A stretch of 64,000 nucleotides of DNA from Alphaproteobacteria bacterium (lineage in GTDB: Bacteria; Pseudomonadota; Alphaproteobacteria; CAAHEQ01; UBA3637), in NCBI GenBank assembly GCA_015062245.1, contig SUVA01000004.1, positions 11,343 to 75,342 on the forward strand, in the 5' to 3' direction. Position 1 is the first letter of the stretch. The number at the start of each line of letters is the position of its first letter. This document shows, piece after piece, positions 41,955-51,570 of this stretch. Under the pieces are notes generated by a model. That model saw only the letters and a program-made list of their open reading frames with translations, was not told where the DNA came from and did not search any database. A program made the translations under genes and the position numbers.

Positions 41955-43712
41955 ATGAAAATATCATCACGCATTGGCTTATTGGCATTTGTTTCATCTT
42001 TGGGATTAAGTTTGTCGGCTTGGGCGGCATGGCAATGTTGTTCATTGGATTCAGTGGCATTGTGTGGTGATGTATGTTGTAAAACCGAATGTGCAGGTGA
42101 TGGTTCTTGTCCAGATTGTCCATCGGATCAGAAAAAATACGGTGATACCTGTTGCGAAGATGACGACAAAGAATGTATTTGTAATGCAGATCCCGATAAT
42201 GAAATTTGCACAGATCCTTGTAATGGATCTTGTAACGCCTGTCAAGAATGTCGTCCCAGCACAGAAGTGAATGGAACAAATGATTGTGTTGATACTTATT
42301 CCCCTGAAACATATGCGGATTATGATGGTGTTTGTTGTGCCAAAAATAATAAAGAATGTATTTGTAATGCAGATCCCGATAATGAAATTTGTGGATGTTC
42401 TGGTGATGATTGTTGTAAGGATATTTCCAAACCTGGTTCAGGGTGTAGTTATACCTGTCAGGGCAGTGATGGTTCTTATTCTTGGGTAAAAACGGATAGC
42501 GCCTGTTGCGAAGATGATAGCGAATGTGGAACCAATCAAACTTGTGTCAATAACAAATGTCAGGATAAAACCTGTTCAGGTGATGATTGTTGTAAGGATA
42601 TTGCAAAACCTGGTTCAGGGTGTAGTTATACCTGTCAGGGCAGTGATGGTTCTTATTCTTGGGTAAAAACGGATAGCGCCTGTTGCGAAAATGATAACCA
42701 ATGTTTTGGGGGTACTATATGTCAAAATCACAGATGTGAAACACCGACATGCACAGGAACAAGACCATCTGTTTGTCATGAATGTAATGGTACTTCATGG
42801 GTACAAAGATCTGATTGTTGCACGTCAAATTCAGATTGTACACAAGGTCGTACGCTTTGTAGCTCTTGTATATCAAATAAATGTCATTATGAAACTACGG
42901 ATGAATCTTCTGCTTGTTGCCAAAGCAAAGGAAAAAAGTATTGTTCTTCGGACAATACCTGTATTGACATGGACGAATGTTGTTATTCTGAACGGATTTG
43001 CTCTGGTCGATACGGGAATTCTTGCGTCAACGGCTCTTGGCGTTTGAATGAAGGATACAAAAGTTGTGGCGATGGCAGCTGTGTTTCGACATCTTCCTGT
43101 TGTGATAATGAAATGCCAACAATTTTACCCGAATGTTATATATGCAATGAAGAGGGAGAATGGGAATATCGCCACAGCAATAATTATGCCGTTTGTGGGT
43201 GTCCATCCGCAGCACCGATCTATTATGATGGACATTGTTGTTCGGCCGATTCTGGTGAATGGTTTGGTTATTTAAATAGGGTTGTAAAATTGGGTGATAC
43301 AGATGGTTATGAGCCAAGCTCTGAATGCGTTTGTCAAGGGAAAAATGGGTTTGTGCAAACAGTTGATGAAAAGTGTTATTACTGTTTTCGTGATGGAACA
43401 GGTTATAATTATATGACAGATGATATGTATGGAACTTTTTCAATCGAAGAGTCAATGGGATGTTGTAATGTTTTTGGATGGTCAATTTTTAACGAAGATG
43501 ATGAAAAGACATGTTATGATCCTGATCGTTACAAAGTCTGTACAATTGACGACGGCTCGTTTATTACTAGTAAAGATAGTTGCTGTGATGATCCCGATGG
43601 GGAATATCCAGATGAATGTTATGATTGTGTAAGTTCTCAATGGGTTTATGATAAAACTAATGAGTATTGGACAGGAGATTATTGGGAAGACTGTGACTTT
43701 GGAGATTCATAA
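41955..43712 (+). CDS. Secreted, extremely Cys-rich repeat protein
   Basis: Signal peptide; CC/CxxxxxC repeats throughout; internal duplications. Confidence 0.75.
   Translation: MKISSRIGLLAFVSSLGLSLSAWAAWQCCSLDSVALCGDVCCKTECAGDGSCPDCPSDQKKYGDTCCEDDDKECICNADPDNEICTDPCNGSCNACQECRPSTEVNGTNDCVDTYSPETYADYDGVCCAKNNKECICNADPDNEICGCSGDDCCKDISKPGSGCSYTCQGSDGSYSWVKTDSACCEDDSECGTNQTCVNNKCQDKTCSGDDCCKDIAKPGSGCSYTCQGSDGSYSWVKTDSACCENDNQCFGGTICQNHRCETPTCTGTRPSVCHECNGTSWVQRSDCCTSNSDCTQGRTLCSSCISNKCHYETTDESSACCQSKGKKYCSSDNTCIDMDECCYSERICSGRYGNSCVNGSWRLNEGYKSCGDGSCVSTSSCCDNEMPTILPECYICNEEGEWEYRHSNNYAVCGCPSAAPIYYDGHCCSADSGEWFGYLNRVVKLGDTDGYEPSSECVCQGKNGFVQTVDEKCYYCFRDGTGYNYMTDDMYGTFSIEESMGCCNVFGWSIFNEDDEKTCYDPDRYKVCTIDDGSFITSKDSCCDDPDGEYPDECYDCVSSQWVYDKTNEYWTGDYWEDCDFGDS
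42168..42689 (+). repeat. Intragenic duplications: 41 bp (42168-42208 / 42351-42391) and 117 bp (42396-42512 / 42573-42689)
   Basis: KECICNADPDNEIC occurs twice; CSGDDCCKDI.KPGSGCSYTCQGSDGSYSWVKTDSACCE occurs twice. Confidence 0.9.
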
Positions 43713-43743
43713 GTATCGTAAAATTTTTCAACTTCGACCTTTC

Positions 43744-43775
43744 AAAAAAACGCCCCTTAAACAAAGGGGCATTTG
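43744..43775. terminator. Intrinsic terminator after the Cys-rich operon
   Basis: GCCCCTT/AAGGGGC hairpin. Confidence 0.6.
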
Positions 43776-44066
43776 AATTTTTAAAATTCATTTTTGTTGT
43801 TATTCAAAACAGCCCAAAAATGTTCTATTAAAGAGAACACTTTTACAGTATTTTTGGTAAGCAAATCAAAACAAAATGAAAGGTAAAAAAACTCGGGCGT
43901 CCCTTTTCTGCCCAATCAAAAAAATTAGAGTTTTGATTATTTTTAGATGTTCTAATTTGATAATTATTCCTCTATATGTATCTTGAATAAATAAATAAAA
44001 AAATATACTTAAAGTATTCTTTTATATTCTTTCAATATAACTATTTAAAAAAAAATATGGATTTTT

Positions 44067-44108
44067 AGGAATATTTTCCTTGACTTTTTGTGTGATTTAT
44101 GTTATTAT
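44067..44108 (+). promoter_or_regulatory. Second copy of the operator-promoter module
   Basis: GGAA-TATT-TTCC 44068-44079, TTGACT 44080-44085, 17-bp spacer, TGT-TATTAT 44103-44108. Confidence 0.8.
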
Positions 44109-44167
44109 TTGGTCGATTAGCAGGCACCGGTGTATCCGGTGTTTTTTTGCTAATCTATATCTAATTC

Positions 44168-44199
44168 AAAGGCTCTGCTCTATGGCAGAGTCTTTTTTT
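44168..44199 (+). terminator. Intrinsic terminator in the tail-fibre leader
   Basis: AAAGGCTCTGC / GCAGAGTCTTT hairpin plus T run; a second hairpin lies at 44115-44155. Confidence 0.7.
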
Positions 44200-44236
44200 A
44201 GGGACTTTTTTATTATAATAAAATGGAGAAAAACAA

Positions 44237-45232
44237 ATGTCTAACCATATTAAAATACAGGGTACAAGCCCACGAATACAGTATGTGGCGGACGGAAATT
44301 TAACAAGTTACGAGTTTCCGTTTGCTATTTTTAAAACATCAGATATTGATGTTTATTTTAATGATAAAGTGCAGGATTCTGATACCTATACGGTTACAAT
44401 GAGCAAAAACATAGAAGGTGGGGAAATATCTTTTGAAACATCCCCTACTTCGGGTACAGTTATTACCATTGTTCGAAATCTAGCCATTAAACGGACAACC
44501 ACTTTTCAAGAAGGCGGTGCTTTGCGGGCCAAAGTTTTAAATAAAGAATTTGACTATCAGATGGCCTGTCAACAACAAATAGCGGATAATTTGAACAGGT
44601 CTATGGTATTACCGCCTTATGCGGTTGATACAGATGTTGATTTGACCTTACCAACGCCCAGCGCCGGCAAAGCGATTGTATGGAACAAGGATGGCACGAA
44701 TTTGGAAAACTCGACCATAAAAATCAACGAGTTGGAAAGTACCTTAAAGGGCTATAAAGAAAGCGCTGAACATTCTTCAATTATATCCGAAGAGTCGGCA
44801 AAAAGCGCTTTACAGCAAGTCATAGAAGCCACAAAACAGGCCGATATCGCCACCGAAAAAGCACAAGAAGCCGTTTCCACCCTTGCCAGCAAAGCCAACC
44901 AAGATATGGATAATTTGTCTGTATTAGGGAAACAAATGTCAGCCAATTTGGCTATGCCAAGCGATACATATATTGATTACACATTAACAGATCGTTCTTT
45001 TACGGCACCAGCCAATGGATATTATTGTGCTAAGGCAAACATGGGAACCAACAGCATGATAAAATTGGAAAACTCAACAAATGGAATGATGACATCATAT
45101 ACCAATTCCACAAATGATACCCGAGCAGTGGGAGTATTGCTCCCTGTAAAAAAAGATGCAGCTGTGCTTCTTACAGTTAATCAAATATCACCATCAATGA
45201 TAAGATTTATTTATGCACAAGGAGAAATATAA
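44237..45232 (+). CDS. Phage tail fibre, T7 gp17-like N-terminal anchor
   Basis: PRIQYVADG...YEFPFAIF...TIVR...RTTTFQEGG.LRA..LN.EFD; coiled coil; C-terminal FTAPANGY...RFIYAQG. Confidence 0.82.
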   Translation: MSNHIKIQGTSPRIQYVADGNLTSYEFPFAIFKTSDIDVYFNDKVQDSDTYTVTMSKNIEGGEISFETSPTSGTVITIVRNLAIKRTTTFQEGGALRAKVLNKEFDYQMACQQQIADNLNRSMVLPPYAVDTDVDLTLPTPSAGKAIVWNKDGTNLENSTIKINELESTLKGYKESAEHSSIISEESAKSALQQVIEATKQADIATEKAQEAVSTLASKANQDMDNLSVLGKQMSANLAMPSDTYIDYTLTDRSFTAPANGYYCAKANMGTNSMIKLENSTNGMMTSYTNSTNDTRAVGVLLPVKKDAAVLLTVNQISPSMIRFIYAQGEI

Positions 45233-45534
45233 TGATATACTATGAATTACTTTCTGATAACACTATCGGCCGTTCCACAAACAGCAAAAAAATTGCACAA
45301 GACCTTGGGCTAAATCTTATAACAGATACAGAGATTGTTGCAGGATATGATGGCAAACGCCATCTTCAAGGTCAAGAACCCAAAGTTCCTGAACCGACAT
45401 ACACAGAAAAAAGAGTTGCTGAATATCCTCCTATTGCGGAACAGTTGGATATGATTTATTGGGATAAAGTAAATGGCACAAATTTGTGGGTTGAAAAAAT
45501 AGCTAAAATTAAAGCAAAATATCCCAAAGAATAA
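45232..45534 (+). CDS. Tail fibre-associated protein
   Basis: Y.EKR.AEYP.I.EQLDMIYWD...W...I..IKAKYPK motif typical of phage tail-fibre neighbours; stop/start overlap with the fibre gene. Confidence 0.7.
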   Translation: MIYYELLSDNTIGRSTNSKKIAQDLGLNLITDTEIVAGYDGKRHLQGQEPKVPEPTYTEKRVAEYPPIAEQLDMIYWDKVNGTNLWVEKIAKIKAKYPKE

Positions 45535-45553
45535 ATTTATTAGAGCCCGTCAT

Positions 45554-46639
45554 TTATTTGGCGGGCTTTTTCTTTTTATGTAAAACAAACTTGATTCCCA
45601 GAACACGATAAATTCTTTTATCGCCCTTTTTACGTTTTGAAAACAAGGTAACACCCAACAAACGGATACGACATTTATATTCTTTTTCAATAGGAGATTG
45701 GGTATTTTTATGAGACACAGAAAATAGTGTCACCCCAAACAAGCGAAATCGTCTTTTATTTTCTTCATCTTTAGGGCAAACTAAAACTTTATTCTCTGCC
45801 TGTTCTTTAGATTGTATCAATTCATCAGTTGATACACAAAACACTGGCTTACCTGTAAGTGCGAAAATTTCTCTTGCTTGTTCAATTTCACTTTCATAGA
45901 AAAAAGGAGAGTTCAATTTTTTATAAATTTTTGCTTTAAATTTTGCATGTGCGTTTTGTTTAAGCCTCTCTTCTCGACTTGGTAAATCAAGCATGTACAG
46001 TTTTTCATATTGTACTTCATGTTTTTTTAACCATTCTTCTGTTTCTGGACGATATTTTTCCAAACGTGATGTCACAAGTGCCTTTATCTTATATTTTGGG
46101 ATAAATAATGGTTTAGCATTTAAAATAAAGTGTCTATACTTTTCACCATCATCATTCTCCTCTGGCGTTGGATCATAGCATAGCACACCATCTATATCAA
46201 AACAAGCACGGGTGATCTCAGGATGATTGAGATAGTTCCATTGAAACATACGTGGAACAGAGGCATATTCAAAAAATCCATCCACCTTATCCTCTGCCCC
46301 TGGCATCAAATAAAATGCCCAAAAATGTATCTGATATTTTTTTATTTGTTCTGATAGTGCTTCCCTTGCTTCGCGAATGGAATTTCCGCTTGATGAACAA
46401 TCATCCAAAACTAAAACAGTGTGAACATCCTTTATATTGAGCACACGGTGGGAATGAATATGAAATATATTTGCTTTGAATTCATCCAATGAACAAACTG
46501 GGATATTCGTCAAAAAGCTCAACATATATGCAGGAATCATTCCAGATCGAGGAACGCCAACGATGAGATCACAAGGAGGCATTTTCCACAAATTCTTTTT
46601 TATATCTTGGTTTAAATCTTGGTATGTCTTATACAACAT
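45554..46639 (-). CDS. Phosphoribosyltransferase + HAD-like fusion (polysaccharide locus)
   Basis: GVPRSG, LVLDDCSSSG (PRT); FDIDGVL (HAD). Confidence 0.8.
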   Translation of the reverse strand: MLYKTYQDLNQDIKKNLWKMPPCDLIVGVPRSGMIPAYMLSFLTNIPVCSLDEFKANIFHIHSHRVLNIKDVHTVLVLDDCSSSGNSIREAREALSEQIKKYQIHFWAFYLMPGAEDKVDGFFEYASVPRMFQWNYLNHPEITRACFDIDGVLCYDPTPEENDDGEKYRHFILNAKPLFIPKYKIKALVTSRLEKYRPETEEWLKKHEVQYEKLYMLDLPSREERLKQNAHAKFKAKIYKKLNSPFFYESEIEQAREIFALTGKPVFCVSTDELIQSKEQAENKVLVCPKDEENKRRFRLFGVTLFSVSHKNTQSPIEKEYKCRIRLLGVTLFSKRKKGDKRIYRVLGIKFVLHKKKKPAK

Positions 46640-46640
46640 T

Positions 46641-47648
46641 TTATTTCCTTTTTTTCAATTTTATACGTATCCCTAAAACGTATGTTTTCTTTTTTATTTC
46701 GTTTTTTTTAATTTTAATAATAGGCAAACCAAATACCTTAAACATTTTTTGCCTATAATCTGCCTTGTTCTTTGTTTCCCACCCAAATAATTTTGAAAAT
46801 TGGATTCCATAATGATACCTGTAGATGTAATTAATTGCCTTCATATTGTATTGAATTTCTTTTGGGTGTACAATTTTATCTATATCAAAAGAGGCTGTAT
46901 TTAAACTGTTAGAGCCATCATCTTTACCTTTGTAATGTTCACCCTCTAAACCTACATTTGTAATCATATTTTTATATGGATTGATACAATATCCATCATT
47001 AGCAACAATCCAAAAACTCCATGGCCATGCCCAAGTTTCTTTTGGATTGCTTTCTCTTAAGACCTTTAAAATTCCTTTCATTTTTTTCTGAACAGCTTTA
47101 TTACGGGAAAATTTTTTAATATTTTCGTCATCCCAACCACTCAAATCTAAAGAAAAGTATTTCCATCTATCAGCCCAACTGGCCCAACCCCAACAGTGTT
47201 GAATCTTGGAAAAGTAATATGTTTCTGTTGCTTTAGGGTCTTGGTAATAGCCATATCCTGTGATATGCCAAACCTTTTTGTTATCTTTATATTTATCCAA
47301 CAACTCTTCGCAATACGGGAAAAAGGATTGACTTGGAACACAATCATCTTCCAAAATTATACCATCTTTTTCGTTTTCAAAAAACCAAGTCACTGCACCA
47401 GAAACACCATAGGCACATCCACCAGAATTTTTATCTAAAAACCTAGTTTTAACATCACACTTCCAATCAACATGGTCCAAAACCCACTTACGAATCCCCT
47501 CTACTTTTTCCTTTTCCCCAACTTTATTATCTCTAGGCCCATCTGATGCCAGATAAAGTCTCGGTGGTTGTGCTATTCGTACCTGCTCAAACACCTTTTT
47601 TAAATTATCCAAACGATTAAAAAAGACCAACAGAACTGCTTTTTTCAT
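46641..47648 (-). CDS. GT-A glycosyltransferase (HlpA-like)
   Basis: FFNR, DGPR, IILEDDC, WGWASW. Confidence 0.85.
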   Translation of the reverse strand: MKKAVLLVFFNRLDNLKKVFEQVRIAQPPRLYLASDGPRDNKVGEKEKVEGIRKWVLDHVDWKCDVKTRFLDKNSGGCAYGVSGAVTWFFENEKDGIILEDDCVPSQSFFPYCEELLDKYKDNKKVWHITGYGYYQDPKATETYYFSKIQHCWGWASWADRWKYFSLDLSGWDDENIKKFSRNKAVQKKMKGILKVLRESNPKETWAWPWSFWIVANDGYCINPYKNMITNVGLEGEHYKGKDDGSNSLNTASFDIDKIVHPKEIQYNMKAINYIYRYHYGIQFSKLFGWETKNKADYRQKMFKVFGLPIIKIKKNEIKKKTYVLGIRIKLKKRK

Positions 47649-48925
47649 TTCATCATCTCCTTTATCATTAAATCAACGGTTTTATCCCAAGAAAATTGCT
47701 TGGCACGTTCAAGTCCTTTTTTATGATTTTCATCACGCAATTCTGGATGAAAGTAATAATCTTCATAGGCTGTGATGTGTTGTTCATCGCTGTCCCAGTC
47801 AATCATAATGCCGGCATCACCAACCACTTCGGGCAAGCTGGAATTGTTACTGGTAATAACAGGGCAACCACAGGCCATTGCTTCCAACGGCGGCAGACCA
47901 AATCCTTCATATTGGGATGTATAAACGAACCACTCAGCACCACTGTAAAGTGGAGCCAAATCTTCATCATCAATATAACCCGCCTTGATAATTTTGTTTT
48001 TATACTCACCCAATCCTTCAATTTCCTTATCCAATTTTCCAATAAAATCTTCCCAGTGACCGCCACCCAAAATAAAGACCATATCTTCAATTTTATTTTT
48101 TTTGATAAATTCAATAAAAGTTTTGACAGCCCGAATTAGGTTTTTTCTGGGCTCTAAAGAACACAAGGAAAAAACGTACCTTTTATCAGTTGGCAAATTG
48201 TATTTTTCCAAGGATTTTAAAGTTTCTTCCTTTGAACAAGGATGAAAAGCATCACTGCACGCCAAAGGCGTTACAGTGATTTGTTCTGATTTCAGTCCCG
48301 GAACAAATTTTAAAAAATCTTTTTTTGTTTGTTCTGAAATAGCAAAGGCATGAATGGATGAATCAGATTTCAAGCAATTCACAACATCCAAAAGCCAATA
48401 CTTTCCATTTTTTATTTGAGGATAATATTCTGGATACAACAATGGTATTGCATCATATAACAGGATATATCTTTTTTGTGAATTAATACTTTTTTGTCCG
48501 TTTATTGGTGAAAACATAGGTGACAGAAATAACTCTGACTCAACTTTAAATTTCTGGCACAACTTTTTTATAATAAAATTACAAATATTAAAAGGTAATT
48601 TTGTAAAGAATAATAAATAATGCCAAAATATTTTTTTTACCAATTTATTATTTCTTTTTGCTATTTGTTTATTAGTTCTCATTTGAACATACCATGTATC
48701 AAAAATAGAAACATACGGATAGACAGGGATATCCTGAAAATCATGAATCATTCTTAATGAAGTCTGTTTTTTTTCCGAACAAAAAAAAGATAGATTGATA
48801 TTAGAATTAGACATTAGGTGTTTAGCAATCTGGTATGATGTAAAAAAGATACCACTACGAGAAGCATTCTTGGATATTGAGTTTGCCAATATAGTTGCAT
48901 CAAATGTCAAATTTATTTTTTCCAT
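47645..48925 (-). CDS. GT4 glycosyltransferase
   Basis: [21 protein letters not shown]. Confidence 0.92.
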   Translation of the reverse strand: MEKINLTFDATILANSISKNASRSGIFFTSYQIAKHLMSNSNINLSFFCSEKKQTSLRMIHDFQDIPVYPYVSIFDTWYVQMRTNKQIAKRNNKLVKKIFWHYLLFFTKLPFNICNFIIKKLCQKFKVESELFLSPMFSPINGQKSINSQKRYILLYDAIPLLYPEYYPQIKNGKYWLLDVVNCLKSDSSIHAFAISEQTKKDFLKFVPGLKSEQITVTPLACSDAFHPCSKEETLKSLEKYNLPTDKRYVFSLCSLEPRKNLIRAVKTFIEFIKKNKIEDMVFILGGGHWEDFIGKLDKEIEGLGEYKNKIIKAGYIDDEDLAPLYSGAEWFVYTSQYEGFGLPPLEAMACGCPVITSNNSSLPEVVGDAGIMIDWDSDEQHITAYEDYYFHPELRDENHKKGLERAKQFSWDKTVDLMIKEMMK

Positions 48926-49956
48926 TAAAGATTTCCTTTTCTTGAACGTTCAATATCTTTTTCCATCATCATTTTTGCCAAATCTGCAAAACTAACTTTT
49001 CGATGCCACCCCAAAGTGTTTTCAGCTTTCCTGGGATTTCCCAATAAAACTTCCACTTCCGCTGGACGATAAAATTCAGGATTCACTTTTACAACGGTTT
49101 TTCCCGTCTTTTTATCTACTCCAAGTTCATTGATGCCTTCACCTTGCCATTCAATATCAAAACCTGCCGTTTTACCCGCTTCTTCCACAAATTCACGAAT
49201 AGAATGTGTTTCATTGGTAGCCAGTACATAAGTATCTGATTTTTCTTGTTGCAACATCAACCACATACCTTCCACATAATCACCGGCAAAGCCCCAGTCG
49301 CGTTTTGCATTCAGATTGCCTAATTCCACAGGTTTATCAGTTTTTCCTGTTACCATCTCAGCGAAATGGGCAGTGATTTTACGCGTAACAAATTCTTTGC
49401 CACGCATTGGACTTTCATGGTTAAATAAAATTCCAGAACAAGCAAAAATATTAAAACTTTCACGATAATTTGTTACCATCCAATGGGCCATTAATTTTGC
49501 AACGCCATAAGGACTGCGGGGATAAAAAGGCGTTGTTTCTGATTGAACAGGTTCTTGAATTTTTCCAAACATTTCACTGGTAGATGCTTGATAGAATTTT
49601 GTTTTTGGTGAAAATTCACGAATCGCTTCCAAGATATATAAAACCCCCATTCCGTCAGCCTGTGCAGTATAAACAGGTTCGGCCCAACTGGTTGCCACAA
49701 AACTTTGCGCAGCAAGGTTGTAAAATTCATCAGGTTGGTAATTTTTTAACAATCTGGCAATATTGGAAAATTCCAATAAATCAAAATCCTTCATTTCAAT
49801 TTGGTTTAAAATTCCGTGTTCTTTTAATTTTTCAAAGGTATCTGTTGCTCCACGACGATAAAGCCCAATTACTCTATATCCTTTTTCTAATAAGAACTTG
49901 GCTAAATAGCCTCCATCTTGACCTGTAATTCCTGAAATCATTGCTGTTTTTGTCAT
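48925..49956 (-). CDS. gmd: GDP-mannose 4,6-dehydratase
   Basis: GITGQDG, NLAAQSFV, YQASTSE, PRSPYGVAK, LFNHES. Confidence 0.97.
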   Translation of the reverse strand: MTKTAMISGITGQDGGYLAKFLLEKGYRVIGLYRRGATDTFEKLKEHGILNQIEMKDFDLLEFSNIARLLKNYQPDEFYNLAAQSFVATSWAEPVYTAQADGMGVLYILEAIREFSPKTKFYQASTSEMFGKIQEPVQSETTPFYPRSPYGVAKLMAHWMVTNYRESFNIFACSGILFNHESPMRGKEFVTRKITAHFAEMVTGKTDKPVELGNLNAKRDWGFAGDYVEGMWLMLQQEKSDTYVLATNETHSIREFVEEAGKTAGFDIEWQGEGINELGVDKKTGKTVVKVNPEFYRPAEVEVLLGNPRKAENTLGWHRKVSFADLAKMMMEKDIERSRKGNL

Positions 49957-49968
49957 TTTAGTTTCCTT

Positions 49969-51138
49969 TCATTTTAAGTTAAAAATTTGATTGACTGTTT
50001 TTGCCCAACTGAATTGTTGAGCTCTTTTCAAACCGGCCGAGGACATTTTTTGACGCATTTTTTCATCTTGATGTATTTCGGCCATTTTTTGAACTGTTTC
50101 ACTGATATCTTTACCTGAAATGTATTCTGTTGCTTTTCCACCCACTTCTGGCAAAGAAGTATTATCACATGTTAAAACAGGGGTTCCGCATTGCATAGCC
50201 TCCAAAACAGGAAGACCAAAACCTTCAAACAAACTGGGATAAATAAAAAGTTCTGCCTCAGTATAAAGTGCGGGTAAATCTTCATCCGGCACAAATCCTG
50301 TCAAAATAATCTTGTCCTTTAATTCTTTTAAATTAGCAACCAATTCTTCAATTTCATTAAACTGTTTTTTAGGTCCCACCAAAACCAAGGAAATATCAGA
50401 TACTTTTTTGGACTTTACAAATTCTATGAATGATTGAATCAGGTGTGGAAAATTCTTGCGTGGATTGTGATCAGAAACACCCAAGAAATACTTTGCTGTT
50501 TGTATATCATATTTTTCTTTTATTTTTGCATTCTGAGTCGGTTTAAATCTTTCATCTGCCGCCAAATAAACAACTTTTGTTTTTGACGGATGAATATCAG
50601 GTCTGAATTTCAAAAAATCAGCTTGCGTATTTTGGGATATACAAATAAATTCATCAACCTTTGCCATTTGCATCCAATGGGTATATTTTTGAATAAACTT
50701 TTTATCACACGCCTTGGGAAAATTTATAGGGAATAAGTCATGAATAAATAATCTTGTTTTTAAGTCGGATTCCAAAACCAAAGGAGAAATCGGTGAAAAA
50801 ATACTGATATACTCATCATATTTTTTCAGTTCTTTCTTGTATTTTTTACCACACAAGAATTTCAAAATTTTTGCTTTAATCCTGTATTTTCTTTTTATTC
50901 CACCACAGGTTGCCTTTAAATATGGCAGATAAACAATTTTATTCGTCAAACTATCCAATCCTTTAGAACTCAAATACTGTTCAACATTTATGCTTGTACG
51001 CAAAGAAACCAAAGGATAAATTTCATATTCACGACGCTTTGACAGTTCCTTTAATATCTGTAAGCAAACACGACAAATGCCCGTTTCTTTGCCCTGAGAA
51101 TTAAGTAGTATATCAATGTCAAACAATAGCTTTTTCAT
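49969..51138 (-). CDS. GT4 glycosyltransferase
   Basis: PRKN, FEGFGLPVLEAMQCG. Confidence 0.92.
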   Translation of the reverse strand: MKKLLFDIDILLNSQGKETGICRVCLQILKELSKRREYEIYPLVSLRTSINVEQYLSSKGLDSLTNKIVYLPYLKATCGGIKRKYRIKAKILKFLCGKKYKKELKKYDEYISIFSPISPLVLESDLKTRLFIHDLFPINFPKACDKKFIQKYTHWMQMAKVDEFICISQNTQADFLKFRPDIHPSKTKVVYLAADERFKPTQNAKIKEKYDIQTAKYFLGVSDHNPRKNFPHLIQSFIEFVKSKKVSDISLVLVGPKKQFNEIEELVANLKELKDKIILTGFVPDEDLPALYTEAELFIYPSLFEGFGLPVLEAMQCGTPVLTCDNTSLPEVGGKATEYISGKDISETVQKMAEIHQDEKMRQKMSSAGLKRAQQFSWAKTVNQIFNLK

Positions 51139-51570
51139 CTATCTTTTCCATTTTTCTAAAATCCAACTGGATGAATTGGCTTTGTTATTGCCACCCACAC
51201 CAAAAACTTTATCCACATGACATTCATGACAAACATCATCTTCACGGATATTATCTTTTCCCCGATCACCACCGTTGGCGAAAACCAAATGCTCATCAGG
51301 ATACATAGAACGAACCTTGCGAATCCCATCACTGGCTGAGTTATCGGTATCATCAAACCCTAAAGCACAAATAACACCTTTTAAATTTTCACAAATCGTT
51401 TTGCGTGTGTGAAAATTTTGAAAAGCTTTTCCCTTTTTGCGAATCAACCAATCATCTGAATTGACCAAAACAATCACGCCATCGCTTGCTTCAGCTGATG
51501 CCTTTATCATTTCAATATGACCTTCGTGAATGGGATCAAAACCACCGCTGACGATATAGTATGTTTTCAT
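51139..51570 (-). CDS. Cytidylyltransferase (TagD-like)
   Basis: SGGFDPIHEGH, FANGGDR, NSSS. Confidence 0.9.
   Translation of the reverse strand: MKTYYIVSGGFDPIHEGHIEMIKASAEASDGVIVLVNSDDWLIRKKGKAFQNFHTRKTICENLKGVICALGFDDTDNSASDGIRKVRSMYPDEHLVFANGGDRGKDNIREDDVCHECHVDKVFGVGGNNKANSSSWILEKWKR

Noticed and set aside
42396-42689. DGR template/variable repeat pair or CRISPR array
   Set aside because: Both copies are in frame within one gene, the differences are not confined to adenines, there is no reverse transcriptase or cas gene, and there is no repeat-spacer periodicity anywhere in the window.
43821-43839. Inverted repeat TGTTCT-N7-AGAACA upstream of the tail-fibre promoter
   Set aside because: It is a single occurrence about 230 bp from the promoter and is not the direct-repeat LexA box; chance is plausible.
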